Below are positions 38,717 through 64,000 of a stretch of DNA of 64,000 nucleotides, in pieces (within the stretch, counting starts at the first letter, position 1; every line of letters begins with the position of its first letter). The notes beneath the pieces were generated by a model, which worked only from the letters and a program-made list of their open reading frames with translations, was not told the DNA's origin and did not search any database. Made by a program: the position numbers and the translations under genes. The DNA is from the human T2T-CHM13v2.0 reference genome, Homo sapiens: assembly GCF_009914755.1 (NCBI RefSeq), contig NC_060936.1. One strand, given 5' to 3'.

Positions 38717-38907
38717 CTATGGCGCTTACTGCCTGCGGGAGCTGCCGCACTTAGAACCACCAGCTGTTATCCCATTTTTATAGATGAGGGCAGAAGAGAA
38801 AACGCAGGTGGTTGGGGCCAGGCTGTCTGATCCGGATGGGGGACTTTTCCCTCGGGGCAGGTGAGAGCGCCGGGAGAGGCCCCTGCCCCCGCGCACGCGT
38901 CCTAGCG

Positions 38908-38920
38908 GTTGCCGGGCAAC
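38908..38920. promoter_or_regulatory. RFX X-box GTTGCC-G-GGCAAC
   Basis: Perfect inverted half-sites with a 1-nt spacer, 12 nt before the LRRC43 ATG. Confidence 0.75.
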
Positions 38921-38932
38921 GCGGCCCGGGCC

Positions 38933-59230
<20,298 letters not shown>

Positions 59231-59239
59231 GGCGTGGGC

Positions 59240-59245
59240 AGTAAA
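59240..59245 (+). terminator. LRRC43: Variant poly(A) signal AGTAAA for LRRC43
   Basis: The only hexamer-like signal after the stop codon in a GC-rich region. Confidence 0.55.
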
Positions 59246-60406
59246 GGCTGTTCCCAGCACTCCCGCCTCCGCTTCTGTCCCGCCGCACGCGTCGGGGGGC
59301 GGGTGTGGCGCCGGCGTCCTGGGGAGGAGGAGCAGCCTCTGCCCGACCCGGCTCGTGCGGACCCCAGGACCGGGCGCGGGACGCGTGCGTCCAGCCTCCG
59401 GCGCTGCGGAGACCCGCGGCTGGGTCCGGGGAGGCCCCAAACCCGCCCCCGCCAGAACCCCGCCCCAAATTCCCACCTCCTCCAGAAGCCCCGCCCACTC
59501 CCGAGCCCCGAGAGCTCCGCGCACCTGGGCGCCATCCGCCCTGGCTCCGCTGCACGAGCTCCACGCCCGTACCCCGGCGTCACGCTCAGGTAGGTTGGGG
59601 GCCGGGACGCCGCTGCTGTGAGGGAGGCTGGGTCACCGTGCAGGGAGGGGCGTCGCCAGGGCGGCCGTGCCTTTGCACCCCGCGGCCCGCTCCCCGGTCC
59701 CCCAGGGTCCCCGCGAGGACGCCGGCCCCGCCCGGGTGCGGCGCGAGTCTGGCCTCGGCGGGCACGGCTCGGGGCCCACGGGCCGCTCGGCTTCGGTTCT
59801 CCAGGCTGGGGACAGAGGCTGGAGCCGGGCGCGGTAGACCCCGCCAGCCTGGGCCGCCCGCGCCCGACGCGCAGCGCTGCTGCCAACCCCGGCCCGGGGG
59901 TCCCCGCAGAGTGGGTCTCTGCTGCCGTCAGCCCTTCGGAGACTGTCGCGTTGAAAGAATGAACCAGAGTTCGCCCCCTGCCCGCGCCAGGGCGTTTTGG
60001 GTCACCGAGTCCTGTGGGGATCCGAGGCGGCTGCCGCCCAAGGCCGAGCGCAGCCTCAGGACCCGCGCCCCACCAGACGGGGTCGTGCGCTCCGCGGCGG
60101 GTGGAGAGCCGGGCTCTGGGGTCTCCGCGGCTCGGAGGGCGGCGGGGCGAGGCCGTGCGGCCAGCGCCTGGGGACGCCCGCGGCGGGACAGGGGCCACCC
60201 GGGCCGCGGCGCAGCCTGGGCTGAAACCTCCTGGGACGGAACCAAGCCACCTGCTGTGCGCCCTTCTCGGTGAATGGCACCGCCGCCCGCCCGGGCCTCT
60301 CGTCCACAGCCCGCGGTGCTCGCACACCTGAGACTCATCTCGCTTCGACCCCGCCGCCGCCGCCGCCCGGCATCCTGAGCACGGAGACAGTCTCCAGCTG
60401 CCGTTC

Positions 60407-63176
<2,770 letters not shown>

Positions 63177-63305
63177 AGGGTGGGTTGGGCAACAGCCTGA
63201 GAGTGGACTCAGTGTTGATTCTCTATCGTGATGCGAAATTGATGCCTGCTGCTCTACAGAAAATGCCAACTTGGTTTTTTAACTCCTCTCACCCTGTTAG
63301 CTCTG

Positions 63306-63311
63306 ATTAAA
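63306..63311 (+). terminator. B3GNT4: ATTAAA poly(A) signal for B3GNT4
   Basis: About 130 nt after the stop codon. Confidence 0.6.
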
Positions 63312-63449
63312 AACACTGCAACCCAGCTAACTTGTCCAGCATATGTTGAATGGGAGCCAAAGTGTAGCAAATGCTGCCAGGAACCTGTCGGGGCATTCCG
63401 GGCGCTGCCTGGGGCGCTGCAGTCTGGGACCTCAAGGAAGGAGGCTGCA

Positions 63450-64000
63450 TAGGACCCCAGGAGAGACGCATTTTCTCTTTCAGATGCAAACAAAATCTTA
63501 CACTCTTCTCCTTTGGATACAATAGAGAAACGGAAAGAAAGGAAGGAACAAGAGGCCTGTGTTAAGTCCTGTTGATGTTAAGTCCTGTTGAGAGCACCAG
63601 GTAAACACTCTGCACCCCTTCTCTTAGTAGTAATAGGTTTTTCACTCCTTGGCCTCAGCTGTCCTCACAGGACAGTGGGGGCAGATCAGAGAACACATCA
63701 GAAATACATACAAAGAAATCGTACAAACTGGACAGGTTCCCCTCCCCCTGCCACAACTGGCATCCCAACAGAGGGAACAAGTACTAAATCATTTTTGACG
63801 ACGTAAATAAGACTGAAAACAGGTTAAACAGTTGCTGAACTTAAGGGCATGACAAAAAGGACTCCTCTCTCTGACCCAGGTAGGCAAAATGCTTTGGGTG
63901 TGAGGTAAAAAAAATGGGTAAGAGCAGCTGTACAGAGTGGGGTGAAATGTTAAACAGGGTGCAGTGCCCAAGGGCTAAGAACCAGGTCCAGCGCAAGCCT
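63450..64000 (-). other. DIABLO: 3'UTR of a convergent minus-strand gene, probably DIABLO (SMAC)
   Basis: Unique non-coding sequence. Identity comes from recalled gene order and recalled DIABLO mRNA tail. No coding part lies in the window and the left boundary is approximate. Confidence 0.6.

Overview
Primate, almost certainly human, genomic DNA, very Alu-dense. I recognise it as the 12q24.31 segment MLXIP(3'UTR) - IL31 - LRRC43 - B3GNT4 - DIABLO(3'UTR). Three complete coding genes were rebuilt exon by exon, with GT-AG junctions and consistent phases. IL31 (minus strand) has 3 exons and 164 aa. LRRC43 (plus) has 12 coding exons, 1971 nt and 656 aa. B3GNT4 (plus) has 2 coding exons and 378 aa. 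The MLXIP and DIABLO calls rest on recalled synteny and UTR features, not coding sequence. Most short ORFs in the supplied track are Alu or CpG-island artefacts. I found no CRISPR, rRNA or tRNA, and no foreign insert. Best leads: (1) the LRRC43 C-terminal half looks like a cryptic ciliary (RPGRIP1L-type) C2 domain split across exons 6-12 by acidic and basic insertions, with a palindromic RFX X-box next to the start codon; (2) IL31 may lie antisense inside the first intron of a MER3-driven LRRC43 isoform; (3) there is a cluster of DNA-repair and rearrangement scars around IL31: a 67-nt templated copy of IL31 intron 2 inside a downstream Alu, an old inverted duplication upstream, a dispersed ~150-bp duplication flanking the gene, and a chimeric Alu tandem duplication. 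Repeat family names and boundaries are by eye and approximate.
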